Shown here: one piece after another, positions 63,246-64,000 of the stretch
Layout of the letters: every line of letters starts with the position of its first letter
Position numbering within the stretch: the stretch's first letter is position 1
Assembly: GCA_965262915.1 (NCBI GenBank)
Contig: OZ253564.1
Location: 1,792,001-1,856,000 of the forward strand
Reading direction: 5' to 3'
DNA: 64,000 nucleotides
Source of the DNA: Candidatus Spongiisociaceae bacterium
GTDB taxonomy: Bacteria; Actinomycetota; Acidimicrobiia; Spongiisociales; Spongiisociaceae
Notes under the pieces: model-generated
Told to the model about the DNA's origin: nothing
What the model saw: the letters and a program-made list of their open reading frames with translations, nothing else
Database searches by the model: none
Position numbers and translations under genes: made by a program

Positions 63246-64000
63246 TCATCGCCCCATCCATCGCGGCCGGCGTTTCTCGGCGAAGGCCCGCGGACCTTCC
63301 ACCGAATCCTCGGATGCCAGCATTCGCCGGTAGGACTCGATGTTGCCCGAACGCATGAGAGCCAGCCCTTCCCGGACGGTCAGGCTCTCCGTCTGCCGGC
63401 GTATGTCGAGGATGGCGGCCACGGCCAGCGGGGCGAGGGCGGTGATCCTGTCGGCCATGGCCCGCGCCGCATCCATGAGCTCCCCGCCGGTCACCACCTC
63501 GTTGACCAGACCGAATCGGAGGGCTTCGGCCGCGCTGAGCCGGCGCCCGGCGATCAGGACCTCGGTGGCTACGGGTCCGGGTAGCAGCCTGGGAAGCCGT
63601 ATGGCGCCCGCATCGGGGATCACGCCCACCGCAGCCTCGGGGAGGAAGAAGGTTGCATGGTCTGCCGCCACCACGAGGTGGGCGGACATGGCCAGCTCGA
63701 AGCCTCCTCCCACTGCCATCCCGTTCACGGCGGCGATCACGGGCTTGCACAGATCGGGGAGTTCGGGGAAGCCGCCGAACCCCCCCGGCCCGAAGTCGCT
63801 CTCGTAGGCTTCTCCCTCGGCGGCGGCGGCCAGGTCCCATCCCGCCGAGAAGAACCGCTCCCCGGCGCCGCTGAAGATCGCCACCCTGAGCCGTGGGTCG
63901 TCCCGGAAAGCGGTGAACACCTCTCCCAGCACCCGGCTGGTTGCGGCGTCGATGGCATTGGCTTTGGGCCGGTCCAGGGTCACCTCGAAGGTCGATCCGC
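63246..64000 (-). CDS. Crotonase-family enzyme, carnitinyl-CoA dehydratase (CaiD)-like; 5' end beyond window
   Basis: LDRPKANAIDA.TS, FFSAGWDL, DFGPGGFGG, AVNGMAVGGGFE, EGPRAFAEKR. Confidence 0.85.
   Translation of the reverse strand, partial: GSTFEVTLDRPKANAIDAATSRVLGEVFTAFRDDPRLRVAIFSGAGERFFSAGWDLAAAAEGEAYESDFGPGGFGGFPELPDLCKPVIAAVNGMAVGGGFELAMSAHLVVAADHATFFLPEAAVGVIPDAGAIRLPRLLPGPVATEVLIAGRRLSAAEALRFGLVNEVVTGGELMDAARAMADRITALAPLAVAAILDIRRQTESLTVREGLALMRSGNIESYRRMLASEDSVEGPRAFAEKRRPRWMGR

Overview
High-GC actinobacterial chromosome segment; the 16S/23S sequences and gene repertoire are most consistent with class Acidimicrobiia (inference). Most of it is housekeeping synteny: aroC-aroKB-efp-nusB, pyrR-pyrB-pyrC-carAB-pyrD-pyrF-mIHF-gmk-rpoZ-coaBC-metK-priA, def-fmt-rsmB-rpe-ribD/ribA, infC-rpmI-rplT-pheST-argF-mpg-tyrS, one rrn operon (16S-23S-5S, no ITS tRNA seen), rny-miaB-miaA-dapF, lexA divergent from a LysM gene, dut and four tRNAs. 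The right end is accessory: a xanthine-dehydrogenase-family LMS trio, an IS110, and betA-MFS-caiD-like genes. The strongest signal is the IS110 element at 58586-60071. Its non-coding left end reads directly as a bridge RNA, with four guide segments matching the element's own insertion site and circle junction, and a TTGACA-17-TCTAAT promoter that exists only after excision. Other notable items: two CTAG-bounded MITE families sitting on stop codons and -10 boxes, a RibD-deaminase/RibA fusion with a collapsed reductase domain, a PyrR site gating a 38-codon uORF, a 6S-like structured RNA candidate upstream of rny, and a tandem low-GC RDD pair. All calls are by eye; no database searches were run.
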